DNA from: Thecamonas trahens ATCC 50062
Taxonomy: Eukaryota; Protista; Apusomonadida
Assembly: GCF_000142905.1 (NCBI RefSeq)
Contig: NW_013657664.1
Location: 209,873-273,872 of the forward strand
Reading direction: 5' to 3'
DNA: 64,000 bases
Of the stretch, positions 54,508-64,000 are shown one piece after another (within the stretch, counting starts at the first letter, position 1; the number at the start of each line of letters is the position of its first letter). The notes under the pieces were generated by a model. That model saw nothing but the letters and a program-made list of their open reading frames with translations. It ran no database searches and was not told the origin of the DNA. Both the position numbers and the translations under genes were made by a program.

Positions 54508-57500
54508 TGACTTGTGAAGTGGTTATGGCACTGGCTGTGGATGGGGGGCTGGGGAGAGGGTATGGTGAGTGTGGCTGTGGCTGTGGCGGTGGGTGTGTGG
54601 GGGTGGTGGGGTGGGGGTGGCCAACGGAAAAAAAGGGTTCCCTGCGGGGAGCCGGAGGAGGGGGGGGGGAGGGGGGATGATACATATTCCGTGACGGGGA
54701 AAGGGGAGTGGGAGTGGGGAGGGTGGAGAGGGGGGTTTGGGAGGAGGTGCAGGGTGTAGGGGTGGTTGGATGCAGGGGTGGGGGGGTGGGGTAAGGGTAG
54801 GGGTAGGGGGTGGGTGAGGAAGGGGAGCGGTGGCTTGGCGGCATGAGCCATTTCGGACGAACATGCACCTGCGGTCATTGGCGGGGAAATGGAGAAGGAA
54901 CTAAGGGGAGGGAGGAGAGGGGGGAGGGGGGGGGGGCGGCGGGCAAGGAGTATACTCATTGTGTGTGTATGTGTGTGTGGATGGATGGAGTGGGTGTAGT
55001 TCAGGATGGGTGGCGACCAAGGATGCTAACGGGCGGACGTACTACGCCAATCCGATCACCAAGGAGACATCGTGGACGCCGCCGCCTGGCTTTGCCACAC
55101 CTGAGAAGAGCGCCACGGTGTACTGGCAGCTGTGGGACGACTCCCACAACAGAGTCTACTACTACAACACGGCAACAGAAGCTGTCGAGTGGACAAAGCC
55201 GACAGACAACGTGAAGATCATTGTCAAGAAGGCTCCGCCGGCGGAGCACACTTCGTCCAAGAACGCTGCGCCGCCACCGCCGCCGCCGGCCTCAAGTGGG
55301 GCCAAGTCTGCGCCTCCACCTCCGCCGCCGGCCTCAGGTGGGGCCAAGTCTGCGCCGCCACCTCCGCCGCCGGCCGCATTGTCTCCGCAGCCTCCGCCGC
55401 CGATCCCTGGGCAGCCGGCGCCTCCGCAGCCTCCGCCGCCGATCCCTGGGCAGCCGGCGCCTCCGCAGCCTCCGCCGCCGATCCCTGGGCAGCCGGCGCC
55501 TCCGCAGCCTCCGCCGCCGATCCCTGGGCAGCCGGCGCCTCCGCAGCCTCCGCCGCCGATCCCTGGGCAGCCGGCGCCTCCGCAGCCTCCGCCGCCGATC
55601 CCTGGGCAGCCGGCGCCTCCGCAGCCGCCACCGCCGATTCCCGGCCAGCCCAAGACAGCACCACCGCCGCCGATTCCCGGCCAGCCCAAGACAGCACCAC
55701 CGCTGCCGATTCCCGGCCAGCCCAAGACAGCACCACTGCCTCCTCCTACGCAGCCGGCCCAGCCGCCGCCGCCTGCCCAGCCCAAGCAGCCTCCGCCGCC
55801 GCCGCCGTCCGCCGCAGGTGGCAAGTCTGGTGGGCTTCCGCCGCCGCCGCCGCCTGCCGCAGGTGGCAAGTCTGGTGGACTTCCGCCGCCGCCGCCGCCT
55901 GCCGCAGGTGGCAAGTCTGGCGGGCTTCCGCCTCCGCCGCCGCCCGCCGCAGGTGGCAAGTCTGGTGGGCTCCCGGCGCCGCCGCCGCCCGCCGCCTGCG
56001 CTGGGTCTGGGGGTGCACCGCCGCCGCCGCCGACGCGCACAGCCTCTGCAGCGCCGCCTGCGCTCAACAAGGCCCTGAGCAATGCAATCAAGTCAGACGG
56101 AACCAAGCGGGCGGTGACTGCCGACGCAGGTGATGTCGCGGCTGCGGCTGCGCAGGCCAAGGAGAAGGAGAAGGACAAGGAGAAGGCTAAGAAGAAGAAG
56201 AAGAAGAAGAAGGCCAAAGATGCTGACTTGTCGCTGCTCGCGCCGGGCTGGACTGCCCACTACGACGAGTCGTACAAGCGGCACTACTTTGTCAACAACG
56301 CGTCGGGCGAGACAACCTGGGACATGCCCGAGGCGCCCGAGGCACCCGAGTCTGCAGGTGGCGCCCCACCCGCGTCTGGAGGCCCTCCGGCGCTCAAAAC
56401 CGAGGGCTCGGGCGGAAACCTTGCCCTGCCAACGCTCTCCATGCCGTCGACGTCGACTTCTCCGTCTGCGTCCCCGCTCGGGCGCAGCAACTCGTCGGGT
56501 GCGCTCGACGGCGACCCGCTGACGGCGGTGCCGCAGCGGATGAAGTCGCGCGAGCGGGCGGCGTCGACGTCGGGCATCCGCGGCTTCCACCTCACGCCGC
56601 AAGTCCGATCCGAGGTGGAGCGGCACTCGATGATCAAGTTTGGCAAGAAGTTCTTCCGCGAGCTCAAAAAGCCCAAGACGAACAACCCAGTGGCCGAAAT
56701 GTTGGCTTACTCCAAGGGCAAGCTCGCCGACACAGTGTGCATGCTGCCGAAGCAGTGCCGCAAGGTCGCGCTCAACCAGTACAAGTATGTGCAGCAGTAC
56801 ATTGGCGACGTCAAGACCAAGACGCCGCCGCTGGTCACGCTCACCAAGTTTGTGGCCGGCTGCTTTGGTGACGCGGACCTGGCCAACGAGATGTTTGTCT
56901 ACTGCATCCGGGCCACCAACAATAACCCGGTCAAGACTTCGGCCATGTCTGGCTGGGAGCTCTTTGCGCTCGCGGTGCAGATCCTGCGGCCGTCGCCGCA
57001 GATGACCGGCCCGCTGCAGGCGTACTGCCTTCAGCAAATGGACTCGCTCTCGGTACCGACGCTGAAGCTCTACGCCTCGTACTGCTTCCGGCGACTGTAC
57101 TACTGCAACCCGGTGTCGGAGGCACCCGAGGAGTCTGACATCGAGCGCATGATCAAGGAGCCGCTGCGCCCGTCGCTCTTTGGCGGCATGCTCGAGGACA
57201 TGATGGTGTTTGAGCTGTCAAAGGACAGCAACGCCACGGTTCCGCGGGTCATCGTCGCCCTTACCGAAGCCATCGAGGCCAAGAACGGGTTCAAGACCGA
57301 GGGTATCTTCCGTATTCCGGCCGACGTCCAGCTTCTGGCCCGGATCAAGGACGGCCTCTCGCAGTACAACTACGAGATCCCCGGTCGCGATCCCAATGTC
57401 GCTGCCGGTCTGCTCAAGCTCTGGTTCCGCGACATGGCCTCGCCGGTAGTGCCCATCGAGTTTTACGACGCGTGCATCAAGGCTCGGACGTCGTACCCCG

Positions 57501-57748
57501 AACTGCGGGCGCTCATCGACCAGTTCCCGCCTGGCAACGCCGCCGTTCTCGAGCACCTCATCCTCTTCCTCCAGCGCATGGCTGCGCCCGAGGTGGCGGC
57601 GGTGACAAAGATGGAGGCCGACAACCTGGCCATGGTCTTTGCACCCAATGTCATTCGGCAAAAGGACTCCAACTCGGACACCCTCTTTGCCATGGCCACC
57701 TACCAGCAGGACGTCTTGCGGACTCTCATCGAAAACTACACACAGTAG
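54451..57748 (+). CDS. WW-WW-Pro-rich-WW-MyTH4-RhoGAP (ARHGAP39/Vilse-like); exon 1 54451-54455, intron 54456-54999
   Basis: Three WW domains (GRTYYANP.T.ETSW.PP; YYYNT...W.KP; YFVN...TTW..P); MyTH4 (QQYIGD, NEMF...TNNNP, GWEL); RhoGAP TEGIFR, LLKLWFR, KM...NLAMVFAPN. Confidence 0.88.
55384..56000 (+). repeat. Nested coding Pro-rich repeats: 39 bp x ~6 (PQPPPPIPGQPAP), 36 bp x 3, 45 bp x 4 (PPPPPPAAGGKSGGL)
   Basis: Directly visible, in frame within the RhoGAP gene. Confidence 0.92.
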
Positions 57749-57903
57749 TTCTAAACCGCACATGTTCGAGCAGGTGGGGGCCGGGCCATCGCTACAAGCG
57801 AGCCACCAGCTGCAGACGTGGTAAAAGCTTGCAGAGTTGGTGCAGTAGTCCGGATCAACAGTTGGGAATGCCTGAAACAAAAGCACTTGCGGCATTGAAG
57901 CTT

Positions 57904-59718
57904 TTATGGTGCAGCGCCATAGAGGAGCCGGATCTCTTCGTACTTGTTGGGCTCGCCGTCACGGAACTTGGCAAACTCGCGTTCGAGGACGCGGATGGCC
58001 TGCTTGGTGGTCTGATAGCGTTGGTACGAGGACTCGACTGGCGCGCGATCGGCGAGCGACTCAAGGTCACGCCCGTACTGGGCCTGGAAGGCGAGACGGA
58101 AGCCGACAAGCTCGCGCTGGAGCCGCATCTTCTCGCGAACAAGCTCGACAAAGAACGGCTCCTCGTGGAGAGCCGCATGTGGTTGGCTTGCAGCATACGG
58201 GTTTTCGTTCAGCGCCGCCTTTCGCGCCGCCAGCTCCTGCAACTGGGCCTCAGCCTTCTTGCGCTCTGCCGTCCCGACCGTGCCGTTGACGAGGTGGTCG
58301 CGGAGGACAGCCTCCTGCTCTGAGAGCTTGCGGATCGTGTCTGCGTGCGCGGCACCGCCCGAGCCGGCAGCACGCGCAGTGCCGCTGCCGGATGCAGAGC
58401 GGGCCGTGGCAGCCGTGCTGAGGAGCGGGAGCTGTGCCACCAGGGCAAGCACTGCCCACCAGGCCCGATCAGCAAGCGAGTCGCGGTCACCGGCGTCGGC
58501 CAGCAGCTGCTCGACAAAGAGGCCGGCGCAGAGCGCAGCCATAGCCAGCTCCCACAGGAAGAGCGGAACGGTGGCCCCCTTGGCACCGCCGCTAACCGTG
58601 AACGAGTTGTCGAGCCAGCCAGCAATGAGGACAAGGAACAGGGTCCAGGCAATGAGGGTTGCCGCAAAGACGCCGAGGACAAGACCAACACCAACAGGGT
58701 CAAGGACAGGCGGCGAGGGATGTGCAAGCGCTGCGGCGGCCAGCTCCTCCTGCTCTTCCTGCTCCTCGACGCCCTCACTCACCTCATACTCGTACTCGTA
58801 CTGGTAGTCGGGATCTGCAGCAGAGGTTGGGAGCTGGCGGGGCGTGGCAGCGACAGCAGGAGCGGAATTAGCGGCCGAGGAGGCAGGCGGCGACGGGCCG
58901 GGCGCCTGCTCCTCGTCGTACTCGTACTCGTAGTCACCGAGCGACGACGACGAGTGCTGTGGCCGGGCTGGGCTAAAAACGACCTTGCCCGGAGAGAGTG
59001 GGCCCGCGCCTGCAGCAGTGTCAGCGTCCGATGGGACGTACTCGGGCGTGGCGGCGTCTGAGCCTGCGGCGGCAGCGCGGCGGAGGCGGAAGACGGCGTA
59101 GGCAACAAGTGCTGTTGCGAGGATAAGAGTGATCCAGATGGGGGCAAAGACGGCCTCGTATGGCCAGGTGTTGACATCGTCAGCACGAGCGACGAGCATG
59201 GCGACGATGACTAGCCAGAGGAGCTTGACTGGGAGGACGTAGGCAAACGGCTGTAGGCAGAGAATAGCGAGGCCGGCGGCGAGCAGGGCGCCGACAAACT
59301 GCGGGGCGGCGACACGAGCCCAGGTCATACCGGCACGGGCGTCGAGCATAGGCACGAGCAGGCCCGTCGAAACAGCCAGCCAGAGCCAGTCGTTGATGGC
59401 GAGAGCAGCAGCGACGTAGGCGAGCGGCAGGCGCGGGGCAAGCAGGCCAGCCGGCTGCGGATCGGGCTCTCCAGGCAGCGGAACCGCGGGCTTGGGCGCA
59501 GCGCGGGCGGCTCGAATCCACCACCAGGAAGCCGCCCCCGTGGCAGCGCCGGTCATTACCAGAACAATCCAGGCCGGGACAAGCGAGAGCGGCCAGTCTT
59601 CGGCAGCGACAGCAGCGGGCTCTCCGACAGCCCGCTCGACAAAGACCACAGTCTGGGCAAAGACCAGGACCCACACGACAGCGGCAGCAGCAAGTGCTGC
59701 CAGTCTCAGCACCTCCAT
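57904..59718 (-). CDS. TMEM185/TMEM60-like multi-pass membrane protein with C-terminal FAM13-like domain; upstream exon possible
   Basis: Repeated W...(F/V)xP.W helices; C-terminal EKMRLQREL..F...F.AQYGR......DRAPV...YQRY...K..IRVLE. Confidence 0.65.
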   Translation of the reverse strand: MEVLRLAALAAAAVVWVLVFAQTVVFVERAVGEPAAVAAEDWPLSLVPAWIVLVMTGAATGAASWWWIRAARAAPKPAVPLPGEPDPQPAGLLAPRLPLAYVAAALAINDWLWLAVSTGLLVPMLDARAGMTWARVAAPQFVGALLAAGLAILCLQPFAYVLPVKLLWLVIVAMLVARADDVNTWPYEAVFAPIWITLILATALVAYAVFRLRRAAAAGSDAATPEYVPSDADTAAGAGPLSPGKVVFSPARPQHSSSSLGDYEYEYDEEQAPGPSPPASSAANSAPAVAATPRQLPTSAADPDYQYEYEYEVSEGVEEQEEQEELAAAALAHPSPPVLDPVGVGLVLGVFAATLIAWTLFLVLIAGWLDNSFTVSGGAKGATVPLFLWELAMAALCAGLFVEQLLADAGDRDSLADRAWWAVLALVAQLPLLSTAATARSASGSGTARAAGSGGAAHADTIRKLSEQEAVLRDHLVNGTVGTAERKKAEAQLQELAARKAALNENPYAASQPHAALHEEPFFVELVREKMRLQRELVGFRLAFQAQYGRDLESLADRAPVESSYQRYQTTKQAIRVLEREFAKFRDGEPNKYEEIRLLYGAAP

Positions 59719-59914
59719 TGGATCTGCACGTGTGTGTGTGTCTGTGGAGAGAGAGAGAGGGGTGTGTGGGGGGTAGCGGGAGCAGGAGCAGGAGCGGGAG
59801 CTGAGGTGGTTGTCGTCGTTTGATCGGTCGTGGTTGTGGTTTGTGATTCGTGGCTGTTGTGGCGCGCGCGAATGGCCGGAGTTTGGGGCTGGGAAGGAGA
59901 GGGGGCAGAGGGTT

Positions 59915-60243
59915 NNNNNNNNNNNNNNNNNNNNNNNNNNNNNNNNNNNNNNNNNNNNNNNNNNNNNNNNNNNNNNNNNNNNNNNNNNNNNNNNNNNNNN
60001 NNNNNNNNNNNNNNNNNNNNNNNNNNNNNNNNNNNNNNNNNNNNNNNNNNNNNNNNNNNNNNNNNNNNNNNNNNNNNNNNNNNNNNNNNNNNNNNNNNNN
60101 NNNNNNNNNNNNNNNNNNNNNNNNNNNNNNNNNNNNNNNNNNNNNNNNNNNNNNNNNNNNNNNNNNNNNNNNNNNNNNNNNNNNNNNNNNNNNNNNNNNN
60201 NNNNNNNNNNNNNNNNNNNNNNNNNNNNNNNNNNNNNNNNNNN
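59915..60243. other. Assembly gap (N run) in a G-rich region
   Basis: Run of n. Confidence 0.99.
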
Positions 60244-60546
60244 CCGGGGCAAACGATGGGGGGGGCGATGGGGGGCGATGAGGCAATGGGTGTGTAGAAG
60301 GGGATGAGGTGGAGGTGGGAAGGAGGAATGGGGGAATGGGGAAATGAATGGGGGGGGGGGGGTTGTGGGATGCGCACAGGGATGTGGTTGGTTGGTGGCG
60401 GGTTGGTTGGTTGGTTGGTTGGTGGGTTTTGCGGAGGGAGTTGATGCGGTGTTGGTGATGCGGTTGGTCGGTCAGACAGCACAACTGCTCTTCTGGTCTG
60501 GGGGACTGGCTGGGTACGACCTCGCGTGGCTGGTGGCGGTGGGACA

Positions 60547-61272
60547 ATGGAAGCGAGCTCTGAAGGGACCAGATTGGAGGAAGATGAGCTGGAGGAGGTG
60601 TTTCACGATGCCATTGCACGGTGTGCTGCCTTTGCCATCCCGCCGACTGAGATCGAGAAGCTCGAGCTGTACGGTCTGCTGCAGCAGGCCTTCTTCGGCG
60701 ACGCTCTGCTCGCCGACAAGCCGCACTCGCTCTCGACCGAGTTTGGGCCCAAGGCCAAGTTCCAGGCGCACTACGCCAACCGAGGCAAGACGCCCGAGGT
60801 TGCCATGACTGAGTATGTGCTGTATGTCGAGCGGTTGGCCAAGCACTGCGAGAAGAAGGCCGGCAACGACATCGCCTCCCGCAGAGCCTCGCTCTCGCAC
60901 AGGTCCTCGCCCAGGCGCAAGACCTCGCTCTCGCGCCTCAACTCGCAGCACTCATCTGGCCGGCGCTCGTCCAAGGGCTCGCTCCGCTCCTCGCTCCGCC
61001 GCATGCACGTTCTGCACGGCTCCATGAACATGGACAACGATAGCCTCGCCCAGATCATCAAGCCGATTTCGTCGTCGACCTCACTCGGCAAGTCGACGTC
61101 CAAGAACTTGTCGAGCACCACCTTGGGCTCGCTCAACGGTCATGTCGCGGCTAGCAGTGGTAGACAAAGCTATCGCACGCTGCAGAAGGAAGAAACCGGT
61201 GGCGAGGATGGCTTGGGCGAGCCGGTTCTCCGGCCGTCGCCGCTCTCTGACCCGCAGATCTGGAAGGGCTGA
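60547..61272 (+). CDS. Acyl-CoA-binding (ACBP) domain protein, divergent, with Ser/Arg-rich tail
   Basis: F..A......EKLELYGLLQQA..GD...KP....KAKFQAH...G.TPEVAM.EYV..V..L. Confidence 0.75.
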   Translation: MEASSEGTRLEEDELEEVFHDAIARCAAFAIPPTEIEKLELYGLLQQAFFGDALLADKPHSLSTEFGPKAKFQAHYANRGKTPEVAMTEYVLYVERLAKHCEKKAGNDIASRRASLSHRSSPRRKTSLSRLNSQHSSGRRSSKGSLRSSLRRMHVLHGSMNMDNDSLAQIIKPISSSTSLGKSTSKNLSSTTLGSLNGHVAASSGRQSYRTLQKEETGGEDGLGEPVLRPSPLSDPQIWKG

Positions 61273-61322
61273 GAGCCCTGTGTAGGTGGTGGCCGACTGA
61301 CGGAGCGTTTGCACTGGCTTGG

Positions 61323-63929
61323 CTACAACTTGGCGCTCGACCGGGACCGGCTAAGACTGCTGCCGACACGGAACTCGTCGATCGAGTACTTGACCATCGA
61401 AAAGAGTGAGAAGAAGAACTCCATGTTGGTGTTGAGCAGACAGAACGAGCCTGCAAGCCGGCGACGCGCCTCACGGTCGTGCCGGACCCACTCCTGGAAC
61501 TGCGTGCAGTTGGCGATGGAGACAAGGTCCGACTTGGAGACCAAGGCGTCCGAGGCCTCGAAGAGCTGAAAGAGCGTGCAGAGGTCATTGATGAACGGAA
61601 GCACGTCTAGCGACTGCGCCTTGGACACGTCGGGCGCAAAGGTAAACTGCGCGTGCTCGACAAATCCGTTCGGATGTGACGATTGTAGCAGGCCCGACGC
61701 CACCAGCTGCGAACCGAGGGCGCTCACGTCGTCGGCGTTGGCGTGCGGCGGAAGGTAGGAGACAAGCCAATCGTGCGCATCTTCGTAGCTCACATCCGCT
61801 GTGGCCAGCGTGCACTCCATGGCCGCCACAATCTGATGATCCGAGTCCTGCAGCCCGGCGAGCGCCGCCGTCAGGTTGGTCTTCAGGCGCTCCGCTAGAG
61901 AGTCGGAGAGCTCGTTAGCGGCGTCGGAGGCCGCAGCGTCGCGCAGCTCCTGCACAATGGCTGTCATGTCGGCGAGGATGGCGTCGCGGCCGCGCACAAA
62001 GTGATAAAACAAATTGCGACAGTCGCGCTCATTGATGTGGCCTGAGCCGGTCGAGGCAGCCTTGGCCGGCGCGGTCTTGGAGATGTTGAGGAGGAAGGTG
62101 CGGACTGAATGGGTCTTGAGTTGGGCAAAGGCGGCGTTAGCGGCTGCCGACGCTGACGGCGCCACCATGTCCTGCGACTTGGCGCCCGAAATAATGCGAT
62201 TGGCCAGCGACTGCAGGATCTTGGCCACCTTGACAAGCATGACCCGCAGCGGGCCGGGCACTGCATCTGGGAGCAGGCCGTACTCATGCGGCGAGACAAT
62301 GGCTGGGCAGACAAAGCGGAGGAAGAAAAACCCGACCACAGGCGTGAGCTCGGCAGATGGGAACTTGCCCACCACAATCCGTCGCATCTGGTAGCAGAGG
62401 TCCATAAACTTGATTGGTGTGGCATCGACTTGCGCCACGATCCAGTCGACCACGTAGCACGCGGCCTGGAAGACGAGATCGTCCTCAAAGGCGGCAGCAG
62501 CCGATGCCGCCGCAGCAGGACCGGCTCCGAGCTTGGACATACCGTCGGGGTTTGGCTCGGCACTCGCACCTGCGTTCGTGCTCCCGCTTTCGCTGCTGGC
62601 GGCCTCGTCCTCGAGCAGCTCCTGAACGACGACTGCAAACTTGGACTTGATGCCAACCCGGATGAGAAAGCCGTCGGCTACAGGCAGGTCTTCGCCCGAG
62701 TTGACGACGACAACCTCCTTCTTGCCGCGCGCGTCGGGCCCGGTCACCGGTGTGTTGGTGCGCACAAAGATCTGGTTGGTTGATGAGAGGTTGCGGAGGA
62801 CAAAGCAGTCGCGTTGGCGGTCATACTCGAGAGCAGCATGCTCCTTGGAGACCGAGTCGTCACCGAGCTCTTTGAGCTGGCCAGTGCCCGGGATGACGAT
62901 AGTGTTGCCGCGCTGTTTGGAACGCCCAATCTTGACGGGCGCGTCAGTGGTGAGTGGGTAGACGCCGCCCTTGAGCGGGCCCTCGCGGACGTGCAGCGAG
63001 TACTTGCGCCCGTTGGCCACGTTTGTGGTGAGCAGCGGCGAGGTGGCAGCCGAAGCCGGCGGCGGTGCAACTAGTGCCACCGACGCCCGCTTCGACTTGG
63101 CTGGCGACTGGACGCCAAGCGCAGGTGGCGCGGTCTTCTTGGGCGGTGGCGGGGCGAGCGGCATGCCGCCGGGCGTGATCGCCTCGGCCGACGCCGCGCG
63201 GGCCTCGTGTGGAAAGACCAGGTCGGCCGACGACTTGGCCTCAAAGGCCGCGAGCAGGTTGACGATGAGCGGCGCCACGACCGTGGCCAGGTACGGCTTC
63301 CCAATTTCCTTCGAGTACGCCTTCATCAGCTTGGTCGACGCCGAGTTGGTGCGGAAGAGCGTCGACGCCGTGGTCGTCGCGCCCACTTCGGTCTCGACAA
63401 GCTTTGTCAGCAGCGCAAGCGTCGAGCCACGGTCCTCAAACACGCGGACCACCAGCTCGGGCACGGCCTCCTGAGTCTCGTGCGGCATGGTGCGGAGGAG
63501 GGCCGAGACCGCCAGGTACGATGAGTGCAGCACAACCTTGAGCAACGGCTTGTACCGTCGCAGGCGCTTGGTCATCAGCACCGATGGAAACCGCAGTGCC
63601 ATCTTGCCGACCACCTCCTCGGCCGACGCCGCCTCCTCGCCGGCCGCCAAGCCAGCGCCCGACACCGACCGGGCCAACAGAGCGCCACCAGCCTCATCGG
63701 CCGCCTCTTCCGCCGTCACAAACGGCCGCGACAGCCGCGAACGCGAGAGACCCTTGCCACGACTGCTGCTGCTGTTGTTGTTGCTCCCGCTCCCGCCGTC
63801 CCGCTCGGCAGCCAATGCTGCCAGCGCCTCGGCAAACGCTTGCTCGGCCTCTGCTACCGCATCCGCACACTCGGGCCTGCTGCGGAGCTCGTCACGCAGC
63901 GCGCAGACCTCGGTCCACCGCCCTGCCAT
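61323..63929 (-). CDS. RasGAP with inserted FHA domain and C-terminal DEP-like domain; may be 5'-partial
   Basis: TLFRTNSASTKLM (Arg finger), FFFLRFVCPAIVSP, VAKILQSLAN; FHA IGRS...VSKEHA...NLSSTN; DEP-like DAHDWL...LGSQLVASGLL. Confidence 0.85.
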   Translation of the reverse strand: MAGRWTEVCALRDELRSRPECADAVAEAEQAFAEALAALAAERDGGSGSNNNSSSSRGKGLSRSRLSRPFVTAEEAADEAGGALLARSVSGAGLAAGEEAASAEEVVGKMALRFPSVLMTKRLRRYKPLLKVVLHSSYLAVSALLRTMPHETQEAVPELVVRVFEDRGSTLALLTKLVETEVGATTTASTLFRTNSASTKLMKAYSKEIGKPYLATVVAPLIVNLLAAFEAKSSADLVFPHEARAASAEAITPGGMPLAPPPPKKTAPPALGVQSPAKSKRASVALVAPPPASAATSPLLTTNVANGRKYSLHVREGPLKGGVYPLTTDAPVKIGRSKQRGNTIVIPGTGQLKELGDDSVSKEHAALEYDRQRDCFVLRNLSSTNQIFVRTNTPVTGPDARGKKEVVVVNSGEDLPVADGFLIRVGIKSKFAVVVQELLEDEAASSESGSTNAGASAEPNPDGMSKLGAGPAAAASAAAAFEDDLVFQAACYVVDWIVAQVDATPIKFMDLCYQMRRIVVGKFPSAELTPVVGFFFLRFVCPAIVSPHEYGLLPDAVPGPLRVMLVKVAKILQSLANRIISGAKSQDMVAPSASAAANAAFAQLKTHSVRTFLLNISKTAPAKAASTGSGHINERDCRNLFYHFVRGRDAILADMTAIVQELRDAAASDAANELSDSLAERLKTNLTAALAGLQDSDHQIVAAMECTLATADVSYEDAHDWLVSYLPPHANADDVSALGSQLVASGLLQSSHPNGFVEHAQFTFAPDVSKAQSLDVLPFINDLCTLFQLFEASDALVSKSDLVSIANCTQFQEWVRHDREARRRLAGSFCLLNTNMEFFFSLFSMVKYSIDEFRVGSSLSRSRSSAKL

Positions 63930-64000
63930 GACTTCTACCGACAATGTTGTGTGTGTGTGTAGGAAGGAGGTAGGGGTGGGTGGGTGGGGGGGTGGGGGGG

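Noticed and set aside
34160-63929. Whole-window cluster of GTPase regulators as an operon-like unit
   Set aside because: The genes are interspersed with unrelated housekeeping genes, and these families are large in amoeboid/flagellate protists. Only the head-to-head pair was kept as a finding.
1-64000. tRNA, rRNA or transposable elements
   Set aside because: I recognised no cloverleaf, rRNA-like segment, transposase/RT ORF, terminal inverted repeats or LTRs by eye; tRNAscan and Infernal were not run.

Overview
This window is gene-dense, GC-rich eukaryotic nuclear DNA with spliceosomal GT-AG introns and three N-gaps. The style (short G- or C-tract introns near the 5' ends of genes; CYFIP, PDK1, UFC1, COG4 and CDT2 genes) suggests a free-living protist such as an apusomonad (Thecamonas-like). 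That identification is inference and is not verified. About 29 protein-coding genes can be read: DEAD-box helicase (partial), UFC1, ferric reductase, AKPG-Kelch protein, PP2C, ZnF-UBP USP, a small heptad-repeat ORF, Rab, CYFIP, BCDIN3D-like methyltransferase, RING1-like, OST3/6-like, PMCA-type Ca-ATPase, mitochondrial carrier, LamG-SEL1 protein, aminopropyltransferase, PDK1, CDT2, UPF0658-like membrane protein, multidomain RasGEF, soluble adenylyl cyclase, SCCPDH, LIM-RhoGEF, COG4, degenerate Rab-like GTPase, PSI-TM protein, APRT, WW-MyTH4-RhoGAP, TMEM185/FAM13-like protein, ACBP-like protein and RasGAP-FHA-DEP. I found no rRNA, tRNA, CRISPR array or transposon. The most notable observations are five. 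(1) An adenylyl cyclase and a cNMP-domain RasGEF sit head to head. (2) A near-invariant ACTCAY branch-point motif occurs with purine-rich acceptors. (3) A 21-bp higher-order repeat ORF shows synonymous-site variation. (4) Several genes show one-base-short homopolymer frameshifts, probably sequencing errors. (5) There is a thermospermine/bacterial-type aminopropyltransferase, plus several unusual domain fusions. All family assignments come from motif recognition by eye; no database searches were run.
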